Position numbers and translations under genes: made by a program. Source: Daphnia carinata (taxonomy: Eukaryota). From it: a stretch of DNA of 64,000 bases. Positions 28,133 through 42,300 of the stretch are shown piece by piece. The stretch lies in NCBI RefSeq assembly GCF_022539665.2, contig NC_081333.1, positions 11,780,001 through 11,844,000 on the forward strand, read 5' to 3'. The stretch's first letter is position 1. Each line of letters begins with the position of its first letter. Under the pieces are notes generated by a model. It had not been told where the DNA came from and ran no database searches. It saw only the letters and a program-made list of their open reading frames with translations.

Positions 28133-28621
28133 ACTGATGGGCGACAGTTTTCGGAAATGACCACACATTGCGAGTGCAATTGACACACACTTTTGCCATG
28201 TTTCACTTTCCCATCACAGTGCATCACTTGTTAGAACTACTTTTTTTTTAAATCCCAGATTTGTTTCTATCTCAAGCTCTTGTGCTGGATATAGGGTTTG
28301 AACAGATTTCAAAATTACCGCGACTTTAGCCTGGAATGCACTTTCAAATTCAATATACTAGCCTAATTTAAACAACCACAGTTTCAATTTGAACAATTTA
28401 TTTCTATATTCTTGCAATAAACTAACATTTCAGAATGCAATGTTTTCGACGAATATTCAAAAACGTTGCGCCAATTGCCAATTAGTCTGGAAGGGCCATC
28501 TTAACGATTGTCTTGGCAACAAAGCGTCATAGCAGACTAAACGATCTAGTGTCTAAATTTTCGAAAAAGAAAGAATCATATTGATTTTGCGCATGGTGTC
28601 TAACATTTGGAAAAGTTCAGT

Positions 28622-29991
28622 ATGTTTGCAACAAGCACCCAAAGGCATTTTTGGATGTTTAAAGATGAAACTGATGTTTCAAATGCCAGACTTAGTGCAA
28701 ACATTAAATACATTTCCAGTAGAGGGAGACACATGACAGTAAGTGGTTTGTATTTTCAGCAGATGCCAAGGCTATCATCGTCTTTTGATTAACAGGTTGC
28801 AGAGCGAGAAACACATTTCTTGAATGTTGTCGAGGAAAAAAGTTTGATTATGAGTTATGAATACCAGCTGAGGGACTTCTGCAGAAAATTCCATCCCCCC
28901 ATGCCCCGCTACGTCATAGGAACAGCCTTACACTACCTCAAACGTTTTTATGTGAATAACTCTGTGATGGACTACCCACCAAAAGAAATCCTGTAAGTAG
29001 TTGGTGATTTATGTAATTTTTTTTGTCACTGCTGACCTAGTTTTACAGTGTTACCTGTGTTTACTTGGCCTGCAAAGTTGAAGAGTTCAATGTTTCCATG
29101 GATCAGTTTGTTGGAAATTTAAAAGGAGACAGAGAAAAGGCTGCAACCATCATTTTGAATAATGAACTACTTCTAATGCAACAACTTGACTATCAACTGA
29201 CTGTTCACAATCCATTCCGACCGTAAGTGTTTTCATTGCAATTCCTTTCATTCACATCCATTTAATCTAAAACTTCATAGACTTGAAGGTTTGATGATTG
29301 ACATGAAGACACGTTTCCCAACCTTCAGTGATCCTGAGAGATTGCGGCCAGGAATCGATGAATTTCTCGAACAAGTTTTTTATACTGATGCTATACTGAT
29401 CTACTCCCCATCTCAAATATCTCTTGCAGCAATTATTCACTCAGCGAGTACGTCGAAAGAAAATGTGGATGAATACATTACAAAAATTCTTTTTTCGGAA
29501 GATCAAAAGCGTTTATTAAATCTCATAGAAGCCGTGAAAAGTAAGAATTTTTACTTTATGTTGGGCTTGTGAATGGAATTTCAAATTTAACTTAAGTTTT
29601 ATTTAGTTTCTGATTTATTTTCGTTTTCCATGCCTGTGCCAAAACCGAGTTTCGCTGTTTGTCTGAATGGCTTTTATTTACTTCTTGTAGAAATCCGTGT
29701 AATGGTGCGGAACGTCCAACTACCTCACCGTGATACAATCAAAGCTTTGGAAAAGAAGCTTGCACTGTGCTGCAACCCTGATAATAATAGTGAAAGCCCG
29801 GCGTAATGCTATAGAGAAATATAAATGTTTTTCACTACGTGAATATATTTTTGGTTTACTTTAGGTTTAAAAAGAGAATGAAGCAGTCTTTCGAGGAAGA
29901 GGAATCTTTTGAAGATGGGCAATATCCGTCCGCGAGCTCAGATCAAGTTCGCAACATGTTGATGGGTTTATCCGAAATGGGCAAGATATGA
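28622..29991 (+). CDS. CCNH: Cyclin H, 6 coding exons
   Basis: [13 protein letters not shown]...[55 protein letters not shown]...[24 protein letters not shown]...[16 protein letters not shown]. Stop TGA at 29989-29991. Confidence 0.96.
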
Positions 29992-30739
29992 ACGCATCCC
30001 TCGTGCGTTAGCATTTCCACTCATGTTTGAACATCGTGAAATGTTTAGAATGAATGTTTTTTGCTTACCTATTTTTTTCGATTTGATATCTGTGAATATC
30101 TGTCGAATTATTGTACGTGGCGATGACCCATGCTGTACATTGAATCAATGCCCATGCCACCGCGCACTATTTACCCAAGCCTGCTGGCTGAATTGAAATA
30201 CATGAACTTGAATGAATGCTAACATATTCGATGGTGTGATTACATGCCTTTAAACAGCATGACTTCGAAGCAGTTGGTACCATCGACTCCAAACAATGTT
30301 TTCTTTGACTACGCAAACTTTGACGTTGACTGCACAAACTCAAGTTTTACATACTATTGAATCAGTAAAGCAACCGGTGCGGATTAATCAAGCGTAACGT
30401 TCAGGAAGTTAGATAATATACTATACTCAGAATAACTCTCGAAAAGCCAATGAAGTTGAAATCGTGACATAACTGATAGCATCCATGGGAGATCATGATG
30501 TAAGATGCAATTCGTTCCCGTGAAGAGTTTGTGGAACATGACGAATCAACGCAAGCTATGGAATTCAACATATTTTATAAAGGGTAGGGGTGGAATCCAG
30601 ATAAAATCGGTTATCGAAATATATGGATGTATGATCAATCAAGCGTTTTTTTATACCTATACTAGCTACTTACCCGCACAGAATTCGTTTGAATACCGTA
30701 TCTTCAAACAGTGCGTGAATTTTCAGACAAAAGTCTAGA

Positions 30740-32325
30740 TGGCGTGACGAACGGGTTTGAAAACTATTTTAAATCCGTTTCATTTCCGACTTGTTTAGCA
30801 AAAAGTCGAGCTTAAAAAATGTCGGGCTTAATTCCGGGTACAAGCCAGATGCAGCGCTGGCGTGCTACAGCACATTTATTGGGTATACTTCAAAAACGGC
30901 TTATTTGACGAAAAAACGAACCATATTGGGGAAACCAGCAGTAAATTTTGAGTATAATGTGAGATTTTCAACGAATTTCAAGAGATTTTGTTTTCTGCTG
31001 ATTTTGACAAAAGTGAGAAGGCTATAAGCCTTCCCACTTTTTCATTTTTGGCTAAAAATTACATTTGGTTGAAACTACCTCATTTCGATTCAAAATTTAA
31101 CGAGGATCACGAATATTGACTTTATTTTTACGTGAAACTTGCGGTTTTTCAGAAAACGGGTTAACAAAGATGTCGCGCTAGCATGTTCCAGCGCTAGGGC
31201 GCTACATCATATTTATTCGGTCTATTTCAAAAGCAATTGATTTGACGAAAAAACGTCTAGTTTTTTCGTTTTTTCTGAATCAGCATTAAATTTGGAGTAT
31301 ACTGTATGATTTTTAAAGAATTTCATTTTTATATATAGCCTCCTCACTTTTTCATTTTTCGTTAAATCCAAAACATACATGAAAATCCACGGTTTTAATT
31401 CAAAATGAAACGAGGGTCACAAAAATCAAGTTTATTTTTACGCCAGGCTTATAGTTTAAAAAAAAAATGTAGAAAACACACGAAAAAGTTGTTGGGATAA
31501 CATACGTTTGTACGGAATTTGATACACTCTTATTAGGCAAACACTTCTCCGGTTTAACATTTATTTCAATTATTTGATAAATTATTTTACTAAAACATTA
31601 GTCTTGCTTCAAAATCAAAATCAAAGTAAAAATTTTAAAGTCGGTTTTTTTCACGAAAAAGTCGGCCGTAACAAAATAAGCCCGACAAAATAATAAGCCC
31701 GACTTTTTTTCATTTTTTGGCCAACTACGAAATATAGTTAAAAATATATGAATTCGATTTAGAATAGATGAAGAATCACGAATATCGAATTTATTTTTAC
31801 GTGAAAGTGACGGTTTTTCAAATAAAGATTTGAAAAACGGGTTAACATTTGTTGCGCTAGCACGTTCCAGCGCTAGTATGCTAAATCACATTTATTCGGT
31901 ATATTTCAAATGTAGTCGATATGACGAAAAAACTAATCATATTTTCTGAATCAGCATTAAATTCAGGGTATATTGTGTGATTTTCAGCGTATTCCAAGAG
32001 ATTTCGGATTTTTTGCTGGTTTTGATAAAAGTGAGAAGGTATATATGCCTTCTCACTTTTCCATTTTTGGCTAAAATTTAGATATCGTTTGAAATACATG
32101 ATTTCGATTCGAAATTGAACGGGAATCACGAATATTTAGTTTATTTAGACGTAAATGTGGCCTTTTTCTTTAGTTATTTCAATTCAAAGTAGTTATAGTC
32201 TAAAACCACTTTCATTCGGCTTTACCGCTTTTTCATTTTTCGATAAATTTTAAATATAGTTAAAAACATGTTGATTCAAAATTAAACGAGGTCACGGAAA
32301 TCGACTTTATTTTTACGTGAAAATT
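30740..32325. repeat. Degenerate AT-rich direct-repeat array (unit up to ~340 bp) with internal hairpins; probable non-autonomous transposon or satellite
   Basis: Core TTTTTCATTTTTG..TAAA...AACGAGG.TCACGAATAT...TTTATTTTTACGTGAAA recurs near 31040, 31350, 31710, 32060 and 32230. A GCGCTAG...CATTTATTCGGT...TGACGAAAAAAC block recurs near 30855, 31175 and 31855. No transposase ORF. Confidence 0.8.
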
Positions 32326-33772
32326 GTTTTAAGTGTTAAAGTATTTTGCAATTACGGCTAACAGAGGTTTCCGGTCCAATCCCAAAGGGAGACATTGTTC
32401 TACCATAAGTCAGGCAGTAGGTGAGAGATGGCTATCTCTTTCAAATCTCATTCGTACTCCACTGAAAGACGCAGTTGAAACTTCATAGATTTGTAAGAAA
32501 AGCGGGAATTTTCGGCACTCGGAATCTTAAGTGATTTGTATTGTAACACTTAGCCTGAAATCTTCTTTCTCTAATCTAGTTGAAACTACTTAATATACGC
32601 TTAAGAGCGTTAACAAAAAAGAAAAAAGATGTCACATTAAATTTTGAGAACAGCATGAACGCCAGATCTTATGACTGATCATTGGATGTTGTAACCTTAT
32701 CACACGCTGATCAACCCGAACCCGAAAACCGAACTTATTGCAGCGGCACGTGAGCTCTTGTGACAACAAAGTTTTAACGGTCAACCGCTTATCAATAGGA
32801 TGCGATCTCGCGTCATATTTTAATACCTCGGGTTCTCTCACTCGAAAAAGAAAATCACTTTGGACCTTTTTTTTTCCCTCTCTTTCCCTTGTTTTTCTAT
32901 CTGTGAATTTAGAAAATGCTGTGGCACGCATCAGCTGACGGTTACTCAACAATCTAGAAAGAAAAACCAATAGATTTGAGACTTTAGAGGACCTTGTCTG
33001 CCTGGCCGAAAATGAAAATTTGCAGCGAAAAAGTAAAGAAAAATAAGAAATTCTTTTGTCGTGACCATCCACTACGTCAGCTGTGATCATGTTGTGCCTG
33101 TCAGCATGTGATCTCTCGATGGTTCAAGCTGCCGCTATTCTGTTATTTTACGAACGTTATGAATCACTTTTATTGAGCCTGTCAAGCGTTCTGACAGATT
33201 TCGATTCATAACGTAAAATACTTCAAACCTTTCCTTCGTTTTTTTTTTTTTTTTAAATCTTGGGTTTTTTGACATGTTTCCTTTTTTTTAAGGAAAATTG
33301 ACTGGAACCCAACAATAATTTGCCTTTAATCAGAGCCAGAATACTGTGCGCACTGACTCCAGATGTGATCCGGAATGAAGTGTGTGTACCTAAGTTTTTT
33401 CGCTTCCCTTTTTTTTTTTTCTTTTCATTTATTTTATTTTGTTTAACATTTTCACCGCACGCAAGTTTTTCAGAGAATCGTAGCGACGACAGCTGAACGT
33501 GCTCTAAAACTTGAGTGCTAATGGGTTCTGTCCTGGGCTGGAAATTTCTCCAGACGATACGACTTACGAGTACCGCTCCAGTCATTATTCGTGTGTACAT
33601 ATCGTTAGGACTTTTTTTTCTTCGAGTTTGGCGGTCGAGCCGTCGCGCAATATCTGCAAAAGTGGCTACTACTACTGGCAGGGGGCGTCCGATGGTATCC
33701 TTACATCATCGTGAAGCAAAAAAAAAAAAAAAAAAAAAATCTTTCCCGCGCCTAAAACTCGTTTTAGTTTTC

Positions 33773-33776
<4 letters not shown>

Positions 33777-33804
<28 letters not shown>
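33777..33804. repeat. (CT)n microsatellite
   Basis: Direct reading of CTCTCT tract. Confidence 0.85.
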
Positions 33805-34865
33805 TTCATTCTTTTGTTTTACGATCACTTCTGGGATGGCCCGACGGGCGGACAGATACCGTTTTCCGAGTCTCTTTTGTTTCACCAGTCGGGCAATAAA
33901 ATAAAAAAAAAAAGAAAGGTACTCTGGCTGTGCAGCATTTCCCAAGCTTATATGCATTATTCTTTACTCCCCCACTTGCACCCATCCACCCACCGATGGA
34001 CAAATTGTCCGAGTTTTTCGGTGTTTGTGTTTTTTTTTTTTTTATTTTTGTCTTAACTTAATTCTTGTTTAGAGAGTGGAAACGTGTGGGTGGAGAACAA
34101 ATCCCGAAAAGCCGCCGAAGATTACAAAGAACTTATCATCTTGACTGATTGCACAGCGTGGCATATAGCCGCCATTCCCGGGCAGAGTAATCGTTATGTT
34201 TTTGTTTTTTTCTACGCTCATCAAATTGCTGCTGTCGTTCTATTACTTTACGTTTCTTGCAGTGGCCTACGAGCTTTTTAATCGAGGCTATAGCGCACCG
34301 TTCGGTACGTTTGCTATTTTTATACAAGTCATACACAACAGCAGTTGGACGTTGTATACGAAAGCCAAAAAGGTTTGCGACTGAGCCAAAACAACACACA
34401 CATAGAAAAGAAATTATCTGAAACTATAGAGTGTACAGAAAAAGCATTCAGTGTAAATATAGAAACTACATGAGCTTCGGTGTTGAGTGTGACGCCATAA
34501 AGTTGAGTGCGTGCGACATGAAATTGTTGTTTATTTACAGTCCCCTGTAGGTGTACCATTCGCTCGTCATCCACCGAAAAGCAAAGCGATCCCCACGTTC
34601 CATCCACCGTCTGCCCACTGGCCTGATTGCTTGAACGGACCGATTGAACTTGCCATATTTAACCGATGGAGAAGTTGACTAGAAAGCAAAGGCCATTTTT
34701 ACCGCAGCACTCAATCGAGAGTATACTTTTTGTTGATGTTTTGTTATTGCTGGAACGAAGAAGCCAAAGTGTCGGTGCAATGAGTACGTCGACAACAGCT
34801 GTCTCCCAATCTGCTGGTGCATGCAAACTCATCGTGCCACGGAAGTTGGTTCAGTTGAACTTATT

Positions 34866-34897
<32 letters not shown>

Positions 34898-37892
34898 GGG
34901 CCTTCAATAACATGCGGTACATCCTACGCCGCACTGCTCAGCAGATGAAAGTGCTTTCAAAATCATACGTATAGCTTAACGATATAGCATAGCAACCACT
35001 GACCGCTAGATATTGGAAAGGAGTCGTAAATACAGCACGAAATGTTGAGCCCCCAACGAAAAACGTTTCACACGAATCAAGGGCCTTATACAATCGACAT
35101 GTCAATGGCCCACGATCTTTATGTACGCACGAGAAAGAAAAATAAAAATTCACGAATCACGATACAAGCGACGATGGCCTTGCGGGTGTCAGTCGTTACG
35201 CGAAATCAGTTTAAGTAGCAACAGAATCCCGTTCGTGACTCGTGTACCTTCTAGGATATAGTGTGAAATTACCGGCGTCGATGCGCATAGCACTGGCTGG
35301 AAGGTAGTCAACATTATTAAAGCATAAACGCGGGGTATTTTTTTTTGAAATGCCGCTGGAACAGCCACCGAGAAATCATGATGATGATGTCGACTGCTGT
35401 GCTATTTGATAATGCGGGTCTCACATGACGACTGTGCGCACGCACGCGCGCTGGGCGGCCAGTTCAATTTTCCGCGTAGTCAATGCCGATTGGCTGATGG
35501 GTATGTAGACTAGTTTTACGATGTCTTTGGCTTTTCCTTCTTGCCTTTTCACCCTGCTGTTTGAACTTTTATACTCGAGGAATGCTTACCTTCGTGATAA
35601 AACTAAACAGCATTCTATCCGCAATCGTCTTCCGTCAGTTAGCGTGCTTTCGGAAATTTATTCTCATTGATATTGATACATTTCGATTAGTATTGTCGCC
35701 GTATCGAGAGACCCCCCTGAAAAGGAAACAGTATATCATTATCATTCGTGCGATCTACGCAAACAATAGTCTTACTCCACTTTTAACGAACACGTACGCA
35801 TTGTTTTTATCCGGTACATGTGATGGCGTAAAAAAAAAATAAGCCAGTCGACGGTAAACCGCCACGACATTAACAATTCATCTGCGAACCATCAGTGCTT
35901 GTATCTATATTGGCTTTTGCTAGTTTCTATCGCGTCTTTGGCATCTCCCCTTATTTTATTGCATGAGGGGGGGGGGGGGAGGGCGGGGGTAACACTCCTT
36001 CTCTTCTGGGCAACCCATGGAAAAGGACATTTTTTTGTAGGACGCAAGTCCATGCGAGTCAGCGGAGCGTTACGCCAACCGCCGCCGATCGTTTCAGACG
36101 GCAACCCGTGAGGAGGAAAGATAACTGCTCCCGCAAAAATAATAACAGGACACGTAAAAGCTCGATTGACAACCTTGTCAGTCTGCAGTTTCGTTTTTGG
36201 CGCAGGCTACTTTTCGCAATAGCGACGAAGAGCAACAAACATGAAAACCGAATCTGCTAATGCATAGACGCTATATCGTTGCTACACGTATACAGTTTTG
36301 AATAAACGTGTATACGTTTGCGTTGTAAAATAAAATAAAAAGCATATCGTGTAATATAGCAAATAATTGCTTTCTACTGTCTCCTGATTGTTGAGATGAT
36401 TTCCATCACTCTGAGACAAGCCCCCAAGTGCGTCCTGCTCGTTATTTGATTGGCGGATGTGAGAAAAGTCCTCTTTATTGTCTTCGTTACACATGGCATT
36501 TTTTGGTTTGTTTTGTTTTGGTCAGTGACGATGGTACAAAATTGCAAACAAAAATGACGTCTTAGGAACAAAAAAAAAAAAATATTGTTTTCTTTTTTGG
36601 CTGGATGACCCTTGGTTTTGAGTCTCTTTTTATTTTTATATGGGGAAAAACAAAAAACGTTGGGCAAGAGATTTATGTAGGAAAAAATACGAAAATAAAA
36701 TCGTGAAGTCTAATAACTATTGTATATGCAACGAGCAAGAGTATAGTTGAACAAATGATGTTGCTCGGTTTTCCTTGGCCAGCACGGCCATGTAACTCGG
36801 CGTACTCTACTGCAATTGTGTTACCTATTTACACTCGGTAGACTTGTTGCGTGTAAATCACCATCCACGGAGCCGCGTGGCAGCTGGGCGACGCGTGTTC
36901 TTATAGCCATTCACATACTGTACACACATTCCCACATTACGTCAATTTTTCGGGCATTCAATTAATCCGCTCGGGTTGGCGGCTAGTTGGCGCGTTAGAG
37001 TCTCTCACACAGGTTAATCGTTCATTCTCTTTCTTTCTTTTTTTTTTTCCTCTGAATGAAACGGCGAAAGGAAGTGAAATTCATTTCGAGTTAACTGAAG
37101 TTCAGTTGGTGCAAAGCAGAACGGATTTAAACATTTTAGATGATATTTGAACAGCAAAAAACAACTCGAATCATCTCGCATTATGTTTCTTAAAGAAAGT
37201 TGTAATGCCAAAGGATGTACATCCAAAGACACTTTCCATTTCAGATAGAACAATAAAAAAAAAAAATGATGAAATTTGTTGCATTAGAAAAAAAAAATGG
37301 GCGTATAAACTATTGGATAAAACAAGTTGCCCTCGAGAAAACAAAATAAAGGCCCATAAAAACGAATGAACTTGCTTTCCATTATCGACGGACAGAGTGT
37401 GGCGAATGATGATCCTGACTGGGCACTTTATTGCTTCCCCACTTTTTGATCTTCATCACTCCCTATTTTTGCTTTCAGATGATAGATCCTCCGCACGTAA
37501 GCCGCGGTCCGTCTAAAAGAAAAAAAAAAAAACAAGCCAGGCCAACTTGTTGCCATTGCGTCTCCTCCCCCTCAATCAGTCAGCTTTTGTGTGTGCAGGC
37601 AAACTCTCTCTCTCTCTGGTTTTTTTTTTTTTATTCCATATAGCTTGCGTGAGTGAACGCCAGTGTGTTCGGTGCGGTTTGCCCGCAGTACACGTATAGT
37701 CGAAAAAAAGGAGGAACAAGAAAGAAAGAAAGAAAAAAAAAAAATAAGGGATATAAGGAAGGAGGAGGAGGCTATAGAATGAGTGGGGGGATGGGATAGA
37801 TATGCTATACAGAAGGTTTTTTTTTTTTCCTCCATATTTTTCTTTTCTTTAAGGGGTTGTTTTCTTCTTCTCCTCGCCCAGAAGCAGGTAAC

Positions 37893-37898
37893 TATAAA
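37893..37898 (+). promoter_or_regulatory. Putative TATA box of the atonal-family gene
   Basis: ACTATAAACTATAAG about 440 bp upstream of the ATG, with TCA/CAGT initiator-like motifs about 30-40 bp downstream. Confidence 0.5.
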
Positions 37899-38191
37899 CT
37901 ATAAGCCTAGCTGGCCCTCCCACCGTTCATCCAGTACACCGTCAGCAGTCGGTGCAGTAACACGCTCTCGTCACTCCACTGCGAGAGATAGGAAACCATC
38001 TACGCACTTAACGCATTATTACAACAGCAACAAGAAGAAGCGGTTTATTTCCTTCAAAATTGTTTTGAGTTTCAGGCAGTTCAAAAAAGAAAAAGGCACT
38101 TGGCTCTCGTTCACATGAATTTCTAATCGCCTGCCAACAAGACAACCGGTCATGAAGATCTTTAGTGTTTTTAATTGAATCCGAGTGCTCT

Positions 38192-38222
<31 letters not shown>

Positions 38223-38337
38223 CAAAACTCTTTGAATTGAAAAGAACTGAAAATAAAAGATATTTGAAAAGAACGGCAAAAGAAGAAAGAAAACTTAGCG
38301 AGAAGATAAAAAACAAAACAAAAAGGAACAATTCGAA

Positions 38338-39306
38338 ATGTCTTTAGAAATGTATTCTCAGTTCGGCTCCAGTGATCTAATGGGCAACACGGACGCTCAT
38401 GGATATTATGCACCGGCCGCCTACGTCGTTCACGACGTTTACCACCACTCGACGGGTTTTACAGCCGAGGAGGGCGTCCGCCACAACACTAGCGCGATTA
38501 ACAGCGCCAACAATGGCGGTCATAACAACAACAACAACAACAATAGCTCGGCCTCTTACGACGATCCAAATTGCCAGAGTCCCGTCTCGGCTCAGTCGTG
38601 GGCAAGTCTAAGGTCACCCAGTTCATCGCCGCGGCTACTGACCGAATTGCGGCCCGGTAGCGATCAACTGCCTCATTCGCATCGTCCTGTTGTTGTTGCC
38701 GCTCTTGGACCTTCCAGTAGCACTCCAGTTGGATCCGTCGATTATTGCCTGCTCGGAATGGAAGGTCCGGCGTCCGTTGTGGCTTCCGATGGCAAGTACA
38801 GCGCGTCCGTGATTACCGATCAGGAAGAATCGAACACTGGCGAGTTCGGAGCTTCGTCTATGTGGACGGATGATGGCGAATCGGAAGCCACGATGGAATC
38901 GAATCCGGCAGGACTGGAATCTTCTGCCAGTCCGTCAACTGAGGCCATGAACGACGGACGGACAAGACAGCCGACTGAGCAGAAAAGACAACGCAAAACG
39001 CGGACGCCTCGGACGCCTAAAAACAATTCGAATGGAAGCAATAACAGCGGAGGGAGCAACAGTAGCGGCGGAAGCGGAAGCCGTCGTCGTTCAACCAAAG
39101 TGCCGACCGTCGAAGTGGTCAAGAAACGCCGATTGGCCGCCAACGCACGCGAGCGACGACGAATGAACAGTCTCAACGACGCTTTCGAGAGGCTTCGAGA
39201 GGTCGTGCCCTCGCTGGGCAGCGACCGCAAGCTGTCCAAATTCGAAACGCTTCAAATGGCCCAAACTTATATCGGTGCATTGGCTGAGCTTCTTACGAGG
39301 CACTGA
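38338..39306 (+). CDS. amos: Atonal-family proneural bHLH transcription factor (amos/cato-like), intronless, 322 aa
   Basis: C-terminal b[61 protein letters not shown] is diagnostic of the Atonal family. MNSLNDAF and VVPSLG.DR are amos-like, while FERLREVVP and KLSKFETLQ are cato-like, so the symbol is a best guess. Confidence 0.95.
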   Translation: MSLEMYSQFGSSDLMGNTDAHGYYAPAAYVVHDVYHHSTGFTAEEGVRHNTSAINSANNGGHNNNNNNNSSASYDDPNCQSPVSAQSWASLRSPSSSPRLLTELRPGSDQLPHSHRPVVVAALGPSSSTPVGSVDYCLLGMEGPASVVASDGKYSASVITDQEESNTGEFGASSMWTDDGESEATMESNPAGLESSASPSTEAMNDGRTRQPTEQKRQRKTRTPRTPKNNSNGSNNSGGSNSSGGSGSRRRSTKVPTVEVVKKRRLAANARERRRMNSLNDAFERLREVVPSLGSDRKLSKFETLQMAQTYIGALAELLTRH

Positions 39307-42300
39307 TGCATTCGTTTGCTCGTCGGTAGGAAAGGCCTACGTTAGGCCCTTGTTTTGTTTTTTTATTCGTGTCCATTACAGTGACATGTATGTTTATTCT
39401 AAAAAAATTAATTAATCTGCTAATAGTCTTATTAATCGTCCCACCCTCCCCCTTTTTTTTTTGTTGAAAGAAATAGATTAAAAAAAAAATACTAATAGGA
39501 AATGAAATAACTATGATAGAGAGTTAAAAACGATCTATATTTATTGTCAAACAAATTATACTTTGTTTTTGTTTTTTTTTTGTTATGATTAGTTCGTTAA
39601 AGTTTGAGAGTTGTCTCCGAATTTGAAATGCCACATTTGTTCAATTTCGATATCGGTTGTCTTCTTGTTGTTGTTGTTATTTGCCACTTTTTTTTATATA
39701 TATTGTTACGTGCTACATCCCGCCCCTTTTTACATTTGTACGTTTTGGTTGTGTTTGCAAATAGCGTTGTGCGATAGCTTTTTGTTTCGGTGTCCCATCG
39801 AATGGCACCTGATTGGAACGAGACGTTCAAGTTTGTTTTTGTTTGCTTTTTTTTTTTTATCGAGATCAATTTGTCTTTTATAACGAGATCAACCCTGAAA
39901 AAAAAAAGAAAGGTTCACTAGTCCCTCTATGAAAGAAGAACAAAATCCTCACAAAGTACTGATTATATTTAATGCGATTTACATCATAGAGATTTTGCCT
40001 TTGTGTTATCTTCAACTCTTTTTGAATCTAAATAATTGGATGGTTGGAAGTAAAAAGCTTTTTTCTCCCACTTTTTTTTTTGTCGTTCTTTTTCTTTCTT
40101 TTCAGCTGACAAAAGCAATCCAGTATTAATGATGATGGCGTTTTCCTTTTTTTTTTTTTTTTTTTTTTTAATGTTTTTCGTTGTCACTCTTCTTCTTCTT
40201 CCCTGCCGCAAAAATGATGACCTCTCTCTTTTTCTCGTTTGGCGCAATAATACAAAAAAAAAAAAAAAGATTACGTTTCGATGATGACACGACGTGTTTA
40301 CAGTCTTTTTTTTTTTTTTTTTCTTTTTACGTCCACGACGTTTCAGCCCAGTTTCTTCAAAATAGAAAATGAATGGCATCTTTTTGCCATCGTTCGACAT
40401 CAGAAAGTTGAACCGAAAATGCTCTCGATAAGAAGAAAGAAATCCATCACATATCGATCCTGTCTGCGGATAGAAAAGGTTGACTTCGTGGCGATCGTTC
40501 GTTCACGTGAGGCGGTATGTGATCTGATGGCTAAACGCTACTGGCCATTCGCCATAGGGAAACCCGTTTTCTGTTTGCTATCCTTTGGCGGGAATGTCTT
40601 GGACATTTTCATTTTTACTACCACAAATATAATAAAATGCCATCTTGAACTGATAACTTTCCTCGCTCACGAACTGAGCTGCCAACTTGTGCGCCAGTTC
40701 TTCCTACAGAAAAAGAAAAAAAAAAGAACTTTCTTTTTCATTTCTATTCAATTTTTTTAAAGGCTCTTTTTTTTTTTTTTTCTATTCTTTTGGCAGGAAT
40801 GTTTTTAAAAAATGATTCGTCAAAAACTCAGAGGGCGAAAAGAGAGAAATGTTCTGTTGAGTGTGGAAAATTTCGGATTTCAAATTCTTTCTTGAACCTC
40901 TAAAAAAACAAAAAAAACATCCCGTATTATTTGCCGAAGAGACCCTTATCGTTGATCGCGAAAAGCTGCTGGATGTGCACACGCGAATTTCGCTTTTTGA
41001 TTGATCGATGTAAAATTGGAGTTCTAAGTCCCGGATATCGCCAATAAAAATTTCGTTAGTGCTGAGAGACAAGGATCAAATGAATGAACTTCTTCTTTCA
41101 GTCTTTTTCTAAACATAAGAATTATAGCCAGCAATACGGGCGATATTTGTTATAGTATTTCGCGTGTGGTCGATAGAAAACGAATGGGTTTTTCACGAAG
41201 AACGAAGAAATAAGTAGTGTATCTTGGCTATATAATTTTAACCAACAAGATTGAAGTTTAAGCCCCATGAAAAAAGGAACGGCCATAACCTGCAAGGATA
41301 TTCACTGGTGAATGACCATTTAAACCAAAAAAAAAAAAAAAAAGAAAAAAAAAGAAAAGAAATTGGGTACAGAAGTCGGAACGAAGTTGCAACACAACGT
41401 TTGACTGCCGCCGGAGTAGTATAGGTTCGCGCTCCAGCAATTTGAAAGGGGGACTACGTGCAAGTGAACGGGCATTAAACAAAAGAGAGTTTGACGCTAA
41501 CTATACAACGTGTATTGTTACACAGTTATAGATGCGAAGAGGCCCACCTACCTTACGACCTATGCCGAACGCGCCAGTCCGAAACGGGTACCTACTGTTC
41601 CTTACTTCATCTCTTGTCTTTTCCTACACAACGTATTAAAATAAGGTAATTCTTTTTTTTTTTTTTTCTCTTTTCCTCTTTTATTTTTATTTCTTATTCT
41701 TTTTTGAAGGCCCTGCAATTAGTTCGAAGGGCGGCAAAAGAGAGTACCTCGCAACCAGACGCTGTTAAGAAGAAGAGAGGAGATAAAAAAAAAAAAAAAA
41801 AAATGAAAGAAAAAGCTTTTCGGTTGTGGCCGTTGGTGGCTGGCTCTCTCTGATTAGACCCATTGACGTCAATATTTCAGCAATAAACTTGATAATGGAG
41901 TAGACAAAACAAGACATTGACAGCATTTACATCTGGAAAAACTGGGACGTTGATGCGTGTGTAAAATGGCATTGAAGAGGCGGACTGCGCATCTCTATAA
42001 GAAAAACACATGAAGCACCTGGTAAAAATAGAAGGTACCAAACGGCAGAGGTTTTCCCTTTTCTTTTTCTTTTTTATTATAACGTCTATAAGAAGAGACG
42101 TTCCCTTTTTGTTGCCCGTGTGCTACTCTCTGCTGAAACGTTGAAGAAAATGGTCCATCTTAATATGATAGCCGACCTAACATACGCATATGGCCGAGCT
42201 GGGCTGTCTAAAAAAAAAAAAAAAAATCTTTTACATGACCATGGGCGCTTTACGCTTTGGCGGGCTGTTTAAACTATCCTACAAATGGCCTGATCAGCGG

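Noticed and set aside
30740..32325. CRISPR-like interpretation of the repeat array
   Set aside because: Eukaryotic context, long diverged units, no constant repeat-spacer period and no cas genes.
38820..39303. Minus-strand ORFs over the bHLH gene
   Set aside because: Antisense shadows of a GC-rich coding exon.
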